A program made the translations under genes and the position numbers. A DNA stretch of 63,285 nucleotides, filler included, from Gonapodya sp. JEL0774 (Eukaryota), in the NCBI GenBank assembly GCA_027604505.1. It is 28 parts of 28 records of this genome, joined end to end, with 100 filler letters (N's around TTAATTAATTAA, not from the genome) between each part and the next. Parts side by side here need not be neighbours in the genome. Positions count along the whole stretch, not along the records: positions 49,861 to 52,015 come from JADIIX010002189.1; positions 52,116 to 54,270 come from JADIIX010002190.1; positions 54,371 to 56,525 come from JADIIX010002191.1; positions 56,626 to 58,779 come from JADIIX010002192.1; positions 58,880 to 61,032 come from JADIIX010002193.1; 23 more parts are not named here. The stretch is one strand, 5' to 3'. The number at the start of each line of letters is the position of its first letter. Positions within the stretch are counted from its first letter, which is position 1. Under the pieces are notes generated by a model that saw nothing but the letters and a program-made list of their open reading frames with translations, made no database searches and was not told the DNA's origin. This document shows, piece after piece, positions 49,861 through 61,032 of this stretch.

Positions 49861-50851
49861 ATTCGAAGAAGTGTGCGCCAGAAGGTTACATGTAGGGGAC
49901 GGAGATGGGGAGAGCGAGACAATAGAGTGGCCTTAAATGTAAAAATAAAGGAAACTGACATGAGAATGTGTGTAGTGTGGCAGCCTAGCTCCTTTGTAAT
50001 TGCTTACCTCCCTGCCACCCTCCTCGCGCCATACCAGTCCTACTCCACACCCTAACCTGCCCATCCTCCCCTCCCGTAATAAAAAACTGCCCATCAAACG
50101 TCCACCGTGCACATAGCACTGCACCCCGGTGTGCGTTCGGAATACTCTTGTCCAATTTCCAGTTGGAAGTCGCTGTGCCAGGGGTGAAGGAGGAGGACTT
50201 TGTGATAGATGGAGTAGATGAGCAGAGGAGAATCGAGCCATTTGATGTGGTGAGAGCGAGGGCTTCCTGAAATGCGTGTGCGGAATGTGTTGCTGCACTA
50301 GAACTTGCTTGCTTGCTCGCCAACTGTGGTAGGAATGCGACAACCGTGATCGACGCTATTGGCAATGGCGGCGGTCCAGCTGCTGGCGCTGCACTGGGTG
50401 GCGCTTTCGTGGTGGCGACGGTGCCAATCGAAAGAGGTGTTGAGATGGCTCCGAGAGGGTCTAGATCAGCTGTCCAGCGAAGAGAGCATCCATCATCACT
50501 AAAGAGAGAGTCCACTCGATGAGTTTCATTTTCGAAAATGAAAACGAAAGGGAAGGTGAAGGTGCAAGTCGCTTTGGTTCGGCGTTTCATGATGCACCGC
50601 GAAACGAACCTGCAGGAGACCAGAGAGGACCCAGATGGCGTCCATTCAAGAGCAGAAACAATATCAGAGTCTGTTTATAGGATTTCCGCATTCATTTCAG
50701 GTTCCCGGAGGGGTTTTAGCGTTGGCGTCCGCATGCGCCGTAGTTGGTTTGAGAGGGTGAGACGTCTGGATTTCATGAAAGTTCCACTGAATCAACCAAT
50801 TGATGAAGAAGACGCACGGGCTTTTAGTTCCTTGATGAGTTTAAGCCGCAT
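49861..50851 (-). CDS. IFT80: Intraflagellar transport protein 80, N-terminal WD40 region (3' truncated)
   Basis: Spliced MRLKLIKELKAHSDIVSALEWTP...SCSDDG...AHRGAVLCARWTFDG..FITGGEDGQVRVWSRTGMAR; ATG at 50851. Confidence 0.85.
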
Positions 50852-51394
50852 GCTCTCACTGACGGACGGGAATCAGTGTGTACTTCGTACGCTATGCACA
50901 TATTATTTTGTACGACTGTACGCAATCGCCGTTGCTCTTCGGAGGGCAATTCCAAAAGCAGCAAGAGTTTATTTATCGATTCTGCATCAACTTTCTCCTT
51001 GCCCAAAAATGCTTCTCATTGTGACGTCATAGGGTGTCATGGGGGTTCATATCCGGAGATGGAGACACTGAGAACACACAACACTTCTCTATTACATGAA
51101 GAGCTGGTTGAGTCTGCAGATCTCAAAGCGGTATTAAAATCTCAGTGTTGCAAGACAGGTTTTAAAGCGACAGTAATTTATAGAAAAGGTGACAGCGGCG
51201 TTTAAAATACAAGAGCAGCTCTGAAAGACCAGAAGAAAATCTGAGACCGTCGTGTAACTTCCAAAGAAGTGTGGTGGTGCTGAGCTGATCGAAAAACCTC
51301 CGAGGCCTTCCAAGGTGCCTGATCCATTCTCCACGGGTCCCAAAACCTCGGAATCGCTGTTCTTACTCCAAGCACAATTGCAGGACACTTCGTC

Positions 51395-52015
51395 GTGAGA
51401 GAATCACGTCTCGATCGAGCATTAGACCCTGCCTCAGCCGGTCTCGAACGCACGCTGCTGATGCCCATGAAGGAACAGCGGCTTGCTCCTCGCCCAGCGT
51501 GGTGGATCGACTCTTCCGGAATTGTTTTTCGCGAGTTCATCGCAGCTGGAGGATATGGGGAGGTGTGGAGAGGGATCTGGCGAGTCGGCGGAACTTCTAA
51601 TGGCCTGTCCTTGGAGAAAGACGTGGCGATCAAGAAGCTTCTGATCCGAAGTCTCGATGCAACTGAGAAGGAGGTGAACTGACATAGCTGACTCTTTACG
51701 AGCTAATAGTATGTGGCTCGACGATGATTCTCTTTAGGATTTTCTTCGCGAGGTGGAAGTTTGGTCCAAACTGCACAACCCATATGTTCTTCCCCTACTT
51801 GGGGCGACTGACGGACCGGAGCCGATTATGATTAGTCCATATATGGCAAATGGACATGGTAAGTATCCATCGACGTTGCCCGAGTCGGTGATTCTTATTC
51901 CCTCGTCATGTCATCAGCCCGCCAATATGTGAAAAAGATCCTTTCCGCACCCGCGGCACCTCCATCAACACGACTACAGCTTGTCAGTTCATATTAGACT
52001 TCTTGGGGCTGTGAT
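51395..52015 (+). CDS. Tyrosine-kinase-like protein kinase, N-lobe (5' end unclear, 3' truncated)
   Basis: IAAGGYGEVWRGIW, VAIKKL, DFLREVEVWSKLHNPYVLPLLGA, ISPYMANG. Confidence 0.8.
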
Positions 52016-52115
52016 NNNNNNNNNNNNNNNNNNNNNNNNNNNNNNNNNNNNNNNNNNNNTTAATTAATTAANNNNNNNNNNNNNNNNNNNNNNNNNNNNN
52101 NNNNNNNNNNNNNNN

Positions 52116-53124
52116 CCAGCTCACCAGTGCTCAAGAAGAACAGCCATGTTCACGTTGCCCCAGTTGTGGTCGTGGTATCCGGTGCCGGTGAAGTTCTTCG
52201 TGACGCCACCAGGAAGCGTGTATGTACCGGTAACGTCGCCTTCGGGCACAGCAACGAACCAAGAGAAGGCTGAGGCGGGGAGAAGAGAACAAAACTCACT
52301 ATCACATGACAAGTTAGCACCCCTTTTGTCCGATAACTCACTTGGACCGCCAACGACTAAGCCCATATAGCCAGTCGCTGGACGCCAGCTCGGCAAGTTG
52401 GCCTTGAGAGTGAGATTGATACCAAATCCTGCCATTGTAGCCGGATCGACAAAGAGTTTGTAAGTGTCAAGCTGTGGGAGGTTTTAAGTGAGATAAGACG
52501 AAGGTTGCGGGCTCCGCAAATTGTCCCGTACTAGAGGTACTCACACCGCCAGTGGACTTGAAGTAGTTGGTGGCGACCTGAGCGTTGGCAAAGCTTGTGC
52601 CCCACGATCCGGACGAGAAGGGGAACTGCTGAAGCCAGCCGGTGGTCTGACCAGCGGGATCCGTGATTGTGATAGATACAAAAGGTTTGTTGGTGCCTAA
52701 ATGAAATCGAGGGAGTGGATTCGTAACGGGGAAAGGGCCAATTGGGGCCAGCTCACACAGGCCGCAGAGAGAGACACTAACCGTAGGGCCAGGCAGTGTA
52801 GAGAGCGTAGACAATTGTGGTACCATCATCGGCAACACCATCGAAGTACCTTTTTGGGAGTTAAGGACGTTTTGTTAGCAACCTCGTAACATAAACACTG
52901 AGACGCGGAGTACTGTGTCGGAGAACTCACCACCACTCGAAGTTAGTAGAGTTCGCCCCATACTCGATTGGCGTTCGCCTACCATCCTCCCATTTCTCGT
53001 ATACGCCCTTCTTCAAACCAAGGAGCAAGTAGTCCAGATCAGAATCCAAGACGCCTTGCGCAGTGGTAAAAGAGACTCCGATCGCGATGATAAGAAGAGC
53101 GATGAAAGTAGGAAGGTTCGTCAT
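52116..53124 (-). CDS. Secreted AttH/CrtC-like lipocalin-fold protein (3' truncated, introns)
   Basis: Signal peptide; WEDGRRT, FEWW|YFD, WFVAVPEGDV, FTGTGYHDHNWG. Confidence 0.75.
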
Positions 53125-54370
53125 CTAACCAATCCGCCGGGCAAGATGGAAGCACATGGTGAGTGGCATGCGAGAAACGTTTTAGCTCATGGTGCCGAAG
53201 GCAACGATCATCAGACACAGGGCAAGTACCTTGTGATGCTCGATTACTGACAACGGCTGGCATCACTGAGCTACTTCGCGGCCTTATATTGAAGAGAATC
53301 TGTTCCGGCGAGCCGAAGATCATCAACTACAATGGTGCGGACGGGCCTCAGGGACTGCACGAAATAGATGTCGCGGCATCAAAACTTGTAGCGAGCGCCT
53401 GCAAAAACTTGAAGAAAAATGCTGAAGGAGGAAGACTGCGAAAACCGTGTGAAACCGATTGGATTTCTGGCAAGCATAGAAGGGGAAACGGGTCACAGGT
53501 AACTTTGTTGCCCCCATGCCCTTGAGGCAATGGGAGGCAAAACGGGAGACAGCTGGCACTCTGAAAACGCGGAGTTGGTCAAAGCACGAATACTCTCAGA
53601 ATATACAAAAAAAAAATTTAACGCTCACCATTGCTTCAAGCTTTGAAGCCTTTGTCTATAGGCTCCTTGTAGAACCAGGCAGAAGAGGAATCGGTACATA
53701 GAATTCGCAAGAACCAGCGGTCGGTGCGACGACGAGTGCGACTTGCATCCGCAGCCGCTTCAAAGTATCTGTTTTTTTTCTAGATGCGCACCAGTTTGAG
53801 GGGATGATCGGGGGATGTGGTGCCTGGTCGAATCTATGCTGTAACTGATGGAATTGGACTTTGCTGCTCAATTTTCCAAGACGGGCACTTTGGGGAGAGG
53901 CAAGCATCCTAGGCTACGGAAGCTGTGTATCAAGCGTAACGTGGTCGGCGGCGGAGCGTGGATCAGGCTGTGCAGCAGCCATTGAACACGGGCCGCTGTG
54001 AGGAATTGAAGGAGGCCCGGCAGCTGGAGATAGAAATCCACATCACGTTAGCGCAGAATTGGGCAGGTACTACGAGCTCGCACATTAAAATTAATTTATT
54101 TGCTGAACCTCTCAGCCGTCGCGGACGGCGGCCGTGGGGGCAGTTCAACAATATTCATCATTTTCATTAGTTTCCCCTCCCTCATCTGAATAGTACGCAC
54201 GATACACACATCCGCTTCATACTGCCGAAGTAGTTGCAGCTGGTTCCAGCAGATAATATATGTCGGTTCTNNNNNNNNNNNNNNNNNNNNNNNNNNNNNN
54301 NNNNNNNNNNNNNNTTAATTAATTAANNNNNNNNNNNNNNNNNNNNNNNNNNNNNNNNNNNNNNNNNNNN

Positions 54371-54871
54371 GAGTTCTGCTGCTGTACGGAATGTGCGGGA
54401 TGTTACCCTTAGCCCGAGAAGGGTCGACATTGGAACCCGCAGGAAGAAGAAGACGGAGATCCAAATCTCGGCAGGAAACTGTGGTAGCTCTCTTATAACG
54501 ATTGATTGCGACATGTCCTGCTCTGAATGCTGCACCCTGCTATTGGCCCTACGCCGTCTCGGGTCGGAGTTGGCGGAGGCCATGTTATCCCCGCCCGTCA
54601 TGGAGACCTGCCAACACGAACCGGCTCCCGTTCCTTCGGCGACAAGAATGTCAAGAGAGTCCGCGAGCGTGATTCCAGTTTCTGTTCGCCGATACTTTGC
54701 ACTTCCAGTGTGGGACCGATCCGTTGTCAGCTGCAGGCGCTCTCGGTGGAACAAATTCGGACGCTCCTTGCTAGCCGCAAGAGCATCTGGTGTCGTTTCT
54801 TCGCGTCTGGACATTTGTGCGTTATAAAGAAGCGTTATTGGTGCGTTTGACCTGGGACCATGAGAAAACAT
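54371..54871 (-). CDS. F-box protein N-terminus (3' truncated)
   Basis: LPQFPAEIWISVFFFL...LLGLRVTSRTFR. Confidence 0.6.
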
Positions 54872-56625
54872 GGTAGAAGATTAGGTAGGATCCAGACCCG
54901 AAAACGTTGTTTGAATCCATTTGTGAATCTTCCCAGAGGCTGACATCCACCTTGAACTTTGCAACATCAACCAGTCAGTCCCGAATGCATTTACTTGAAA
55001 ATGGCGCTCTTTCGAAACAAGTTCCGGGCGCCTGCCTGAGACGGGCACCACAAAATCAGGCTCTTGACGCCAAATATTCAGGACGTGGAGTTTTCCCATC
55101 TACCTCCAAAGTCAAGCTACAGTTCCGTGTGCTTATCAGAAACCACGAGTTTTGCAAGTCCAGTCGGCTTGTTGGATGACGTGACGGTTGCTCTGGCGCC
55201 AACAATAAAAACAAGGTGGTGGTGGCTGAACATTTGAGTTTCTCCGGTGACTGGACTCCGACAAACTGGAAATTCAGAAGTGCAAATAGGATCGCGTACA
55301 TCGTGCGTTAGTTGAGTTTACGAAAATTGTCTAAAAATGTAGTTCGCCTCAGCGTTATCAGAAGATGTCATGTCTTTGCCAGGTTCAGACCGTTGAATGG
55401 GCTCAGCCAGTGCCCCATTCACGCATGGCCGAAAGCATCGCAATTTTTATCTTCTGTATAATGAGAAAGGGGATCTTATAAACTCAACCAACAATACCAT
55501 ACTGCCCCACAAAAGTGGATAATCAATGTGTGATGATCAGTTGAGCTGCAGTATCACTCCCTCCGACAGATGAGCGTTGCCTCTCTTATGAAAATATCTC
55601 TATCATTTGTGGGGTTTGTCCGCCGGTGCATATGTACCAATCCTCCAATTACGACATTCCCTGTGTTCGTCGAGATCCCTGAATGCCGGCAACTCTCTTT
55701 CCTTTCATGGATGGTTCCTGTTGTTCCGCTTTTTGGAAAATATTACAAAATCATGCGATTCGCAAGAGGTAGTGGAGATACATATCATATGCAGTGACCG
55801 CCAAAGGTGCACAGCTACAATTTGTACTTAGTCGACTCCAATGTTCGTGATCGCACGACTCAACCCAACAAAAGTGGAGACGTATGCCTTGCCATCCACG
55901 CTGTGCAAGTGTGCGTTTCGGAAGCATGACCTGATCAGGGTCATCGGCCTCCAATTTGTCCGGAAATGGCCAAATGGAATGTGTTACTCCTCACGCCCTC
56001 CCTCAGGACTTGTACAGCCGCACAAGCCCATCTTCCGCAAAAACACCCATGATGTTCAGGAAAGGATGGTGCGCGGCGCCGATTATTTCGGTTTCGGCAA
56101 GCTTGGTTGATGGGACGACAATGGTAGAGCAAATAGATGTCGACAAAGAACTATTGACGTGGGACTCAGAGAACCCGATTCTACCAACATCATACAACTC
56201 ACCTTATCTGTTCCGATCTTGATGTGCCCCGTAGCTACGTCAAATGAATACAAATGTCGATCTTCTCCGATACAATGAACGAGTTCGCCGCGCGGACTGC
56301 AAACAGCAGTGACAAAGTCCCCACCGGTACGCTTGCCCGAGAAAAACGTGCGGACAATCTAACACAATGGTGGGGCGATCCAAAGGGGAGGAGAATTTGC
56401 CAAGTTTGAAGACGGATGTGGGGCACCTCGTTCTCCTACAGCAAGACGCGCTCAAACAACCACGCACCTTGCCCCCAATCGTAACCACGTACGCCCATCC
56501 ACTCCTGTTCACCACCACGACCTGCNNNNNNNNNNNNNNNNNNNNNNNNNNNNNNNNNNNNNNNNNNNNTTAATTAATTAANNNNNNNNNNNNNNNNNNN
56601 NNNNNNNNNNNNNNNNNNNNNNNNN

Positions 56626-57480
56626 TGAATTGATCAGGATAGGGAGCGTGGCACCCCCGGTGGCGGTGTGAAATGTTATGGGAGAGTTACCGCGTGGAGA
56701 GAGTTTTATCTTCCATTTTGATTTGAAGAACACGGCAGAGACCACAACGACGTCGGCATCGTTCAGATCCGACTGATTCACCACCGAGGATATAGATCCC
56801 TGAGTTGCGCGAGAGACCCAAGTGTTGATTTCCGCTTCTAGGAGAGTCGGAGAGGTGTGGGCGGAAGCAAGAAGGGGTTGAAGGGAGGAGACGAACGCAT
56901 CTGGGATCCTGGTTGAGGGAGCTCGAAGCCATACAGAGGCAGCCAGGGCTATGGGGTATCATTTGAGAGTTTCAGACACAGTGGAACTAAATCGAGATGG
57001 GCCAACTACTTGCAAATTGCGGTAGGATGGGACGGGAAGGCTACGGAAGATAATACGCCAGCGAGATCCGTGATGAATATCCCATTCGACAGACCAGCTT
57101 GTGTGGGGAAGAGAGAAGCATCTCGATCATCCAGACCTGAAAAACAGCGTTGACAATCCCGACATTGCAATGAGATATTCGAGCCACTACCTCCACAAAC
57201 CTGCCACAACCACTCCTACTGCATGATGTATCCCTACGCCACTGCAGACCATGCCTCCAACTGCCATGTTTTGGTCGATGCCAACGCCTCGAAGTGAACG
57301 AGAGAAGAAGTGTGAGTTATAAGCATTGATTATCTTCGTTAGAGAGTTCGCCGGGGTGTTGAGATTCGTTTGGGACAATCCTGCAATGGAATCTCTGATT
57401 GCGTAGTGAGTGAAGAAGTGACGACGAAATCGAGGAAATGACACATTGATATTTGGAATCGACATGGGATTTGGATGCAT
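56626..57480 (-). CDS. Serpin-family protein, N-terminal half (3' truncated, introns)
   Basis: SLAASVWL...EINTWVSRATQGSISSVV...VVVVSAVFFKSKW...ITFH; start position uncertain. Confidence 0.8.
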
Positions 57481-57826
57481 CAGCGCGTTCCTCGATCTTT
57501 TGATTGAAAGCCCGAATACATATGCTCGGGTTGAAACAGCCAGATGACAAACCTTGCCTTTTCTTCTTTCGCTCTGAAAGGGACAGGCGACTTAGGTGGC
57601 ATCGTGATTTGGATCGCAGTGGTTTGAAGGTCCTCTGCGGCCTTTGTGGTTCACTGGTCGCCACTCGGTAAAGGTACCGTAATAGACACATTTAGGTTCG
57701 GAAACACTGGCTGTCACACAAGCGCTGGACTCTCGACATTTGACTCTACTAAGTGATTCTACAATGGGCAACCAGGCCCCCAGCAACACGTTCGGTTCTC
57801 CAACCGTCCGACTTTCCGAAAATGAG

Positions 57827-58779
57827 CTACCTGTATAAGTGTTTCGCCGATCCCAATTCTTCCCCCTCCGCTCCATAAATCAAGCTCGCCTCATCGCTCT
57901 CTAAATCTTTCGTGAACTTCTCTGCCACCTCCAGCACACTCGTGACATGCTTCAAGTCCATCTGCACCCCTTCGCTCGCAGCTATAGAACGGGCAGTACG
58001 TACAATGCTTCGGATTTGTCGACCATTTAGGGGTTTGGCGGCAAGGCGAGAGATAACTTGTGCGCTGTAGGTGGGTGGTGGGGTGGTTTGAGATGCGGAA
58101 TTGTGTGTTTTGCTGTCCTCGATGGGTTTGGGCTGAACTTGTGTCAAGCAGCGGCGCCAGATCAGGGCTCGAGCGGATTCATCCAGATCGCGGTATTTCA
58201 GCGCAACATTGATACGGCTAGCAAAGGCGGGATCGAAGGTACGAACTCTGGGAATGGAGCGGTTGGAAAGTGTGAGTCGAGAAACTGCATCTTGAGTGCG
58301 CAGAACGACGAGTCAAATCTCTCACCGGTTTGTGGTCAAAAAGAGGATGCCCTACAGACAAACGTATTAGCGCATGAGGCACAAACTCCGATCAGAAAGA
58401 CAGATTCCCAAACACGCACTTGGTGATACTCCAAGAGCCTCAAAAATATGCCGACTAACGCGTTTCGGTGGACATCCATAGCGCTCCGTCGCTCGAGAAA
58501 GATATCTAAAGGATCACACAAATCACCGGTAAATTACCCGCTCGTTCAGCTGTGTGAGCGAGGGATCAGTTCACCTGCTTCATCCAGCAGCAGCACTGCT
58601 CCCCAAGCGTTCGCGACTTGGAGAACTGCAGTCAACATTCGGATGCAGATAATGACATACCGGTTAGCACTAATAAATAGGCCGAATTCAACTTTGACCA
58701 CACTGACTAACCTTCAGAAAGCTTCTCCTCGAGAGTTTCCGCATTCGAACCGAGTTCTCCAACGCTGACTGAATAAAGC
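57827..58779 (-). CDS. Fungal-type AAA+ ATPase C-terminal part
   Basis: WGAVLLLDEA|DIFLERRS...RNALVGIFLRLLEYHQ|GILFLTTNR|..FDPAFASRI, LNGRQIRSIVRTA. Confidence 0.88.
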
Positions 58780-58879
58780 NNNNNNNNNNNNNNNNNNNNN
58801 NNNNNNNNNNNNNNNNNNNNNNNTTAATTAATTAANNNNNNNNNNNNNNNNNNNNNNNNNNNNNNNNNNNNNNNNNNNN

Positions 58880-60344
58880 TCTGTACTCCAGAACCACCTG
58901 ACCCGTCGTTCCACTCTCTTGCCTCAACATTCCGTCATACTTCCGCCCTCACTCATGCTATCATCCTCCTGGTCCTCCGCTCTCTTGAATCTGAACTGGA
59001 CTCGGCCGAAAATCCCCAGCCGTCCGTACTCACTTCGCCGGATCAGAAGGCCACCATTGCATCCGTCGTGTTCGCATGTGCGGCCAGCTTGGGAGATCCG
59101 GGCAACAGGTGGTGTGATCAAGCAGGGAGAGAGAAAGCAGCAGACGTACTTGCTGGAGTAGCGGCGCAGCTGACGGGAGTGGAGGTGAAGCATCCAGCCT
59201 CAGCTGAGGACGATTCTCATGGCAGCCCAAGTCGATCCCGTGAACGACATGGCCACAAGATATCCGAGCCACACCATGTGCTGGAATATATTCTAGGGGA
59301 TATATTGGAGCTAGAAATCAAGCCCCTTTTTGGCAAGAGGGGTTCCAAGTTCGATGACGAGGAATCGCAGCGATGGAGAGAAGAGAGGCCGGAGTGTGTC
59401 GCTGCATTGGAGTGGTGCATCGGACAAGTGAAGGTATGTTTAAGCTTTTTCACTCGTCTAAGCTCTCTGACTTTGAAGGAGAAGTAACCCAAGTTCAATG
59501 CTACCAACAGAACCCCTACTTGCACGAGCACCTCCCAACACTTCTCCCTCCCCTTCTGACTCTCCTTGATTCCCACCAACCAACGACGAAACTCTCAGCC
59601 CTCCGCTCACTCTCCCACGTTCTGTTGAACACCCCTGCGAATGCTCTCCACTCTCTCAACGTGCCCCAACTCGTCTTGGAACCAGCACTCACCGCCTCTA
59701 CGTACTACGACCATCCGGCGCTGGTTACGGCCGCCATTAACGCCGCGACAAGCGCAGTGCTTGTGGGAGAGCCCAAATACTCGGAAACGTACTATGCCGG
59801 GCTCGAACGCGTTCTGCGGGACGGTGTGCTCCGGGGACTCCACTTCACTACCGGTTCGAAGCCTGGTCCTGCGATCGCGGCCGTCCTTGATCCTGCACCG
59901 CGCTTATTGGAACTTGCAAGTCCTTTTACAGTTCGCCACATGTCGGCTCTTCTGGAAGCTCTCGGTCGTGTCGTCGAGATCCACTCCCGAGATCCCCAAG
60001 TGATGGACGGTGTGTCGCACACGCTTCATTCGCTGTGTCGCGCTTGCGAACCTCGGGTGGCGTCATGGTCTGGTCAAATATTGAGCGTTGCAGGATCTGG
60101 TTGGGTGGGGTTCAAGAAGGCTATGAAGTCTCAAGCATCTCGAACCCAGGATTCCCGTGCAGCGGATGCGATGCATACAGTCGAGAAGGAGCTGAAAGCC
60201 GCTGTCAGTATCGTGAGGGAGAGCGTGGCCAGGGAGTCCAAGGCTTTGGAGGGGAGCGAAGGAGAGGAAATGAGATCCAGGCTTGACGCGGACTTGAGGG
60301 TTCTCAGAGAGATACACGCTTCGGAACTGATTGACAAGGCATGA
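58880..60344 (+). CDS. Tti2-like HEAT-repeat protein (5' truncated)
   Basis: IKPLF...W...LEWCI|...LLPPLLTLLD...KLSALRSL pattern; all-helical. Confidence 0.55.
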
Positions 60345-60530
60345 TTTGCACTGTTTGCACCGATGTTGATAGTTAGTTTGGAGGTGATCGACGTGTGTCG
60401 GCAATACTTCGTTTTGACAACAGTCGCACAGAAAAATGAATGTAGGGTATCGTGATATCACTTTAAAGTACATTTGCAGATATTAGTGGATAACAGTGCC
60501 CGCTGGTCATTGTGTAATCGGTGTTCGTAC

Positions 60531-61032
60531 TCATTTCACACTCGGCTTTGCTGATGCGGACGTGTCGGCAGAGCCTGCTTTCTGCTTCTTGGCGGCGCGA
60601 TTCTGCTTTTTGTCCTTGTCCTTCTCTTTTTTCTTCATCGAGTCCTGCGCAATCCATCGAGTGGTGAGAACGAGACTCCTATCACTTGTCATTACAACTC
60701 ACCATGTTGAACCTTACCACCGCTCCGTACCGTTCGCAAAACTTCTCATAGTCCTGCGGCTTCACGACGGAGCTCAACTTCTTCTTCCCACACTTGACAC
60801 GAATCAAGCACGGATACTCTCGGTCCGGATCACTATTGACACCAGGCACGCCGTCAAGGTCCATGTCGGAGCCTTCCGCGTCCTCGTCATCAGATGCAAG
60901 AGCAGGTGATTTCCGTTTGGCACTGGAGGCGTGTTTAGAAGGAGGTGAAGAAGGGGCTGAACGGGTTTCAGAAGCGCTGGGTTCAGAGGATTCTTTTGTT
61001 GCGGCTGGCGGAGACATAGGTTTGGGTTTGTG
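60531..61032 (-). CDS. SRP14: Signal recognition particle 14 kDa subunit (5' truncated)
   Basis: EYPCLIRVKCGKKKLSSVVKPQDYEKFCERYGAVVRFNM|DSMKKKEKDKDKK. Confidence 0.85.

Noticed and set aside
50538..51032. 164-aa plus-strand ORF
   Set aside because: Antisense to IFT80 exons 1-2 and their introns; likely a shadow ORF.
55560..56525. Fragmentary ORFs suggesting a decayed gene
   Set aside because: No motif could be assigned and the frames are broken.
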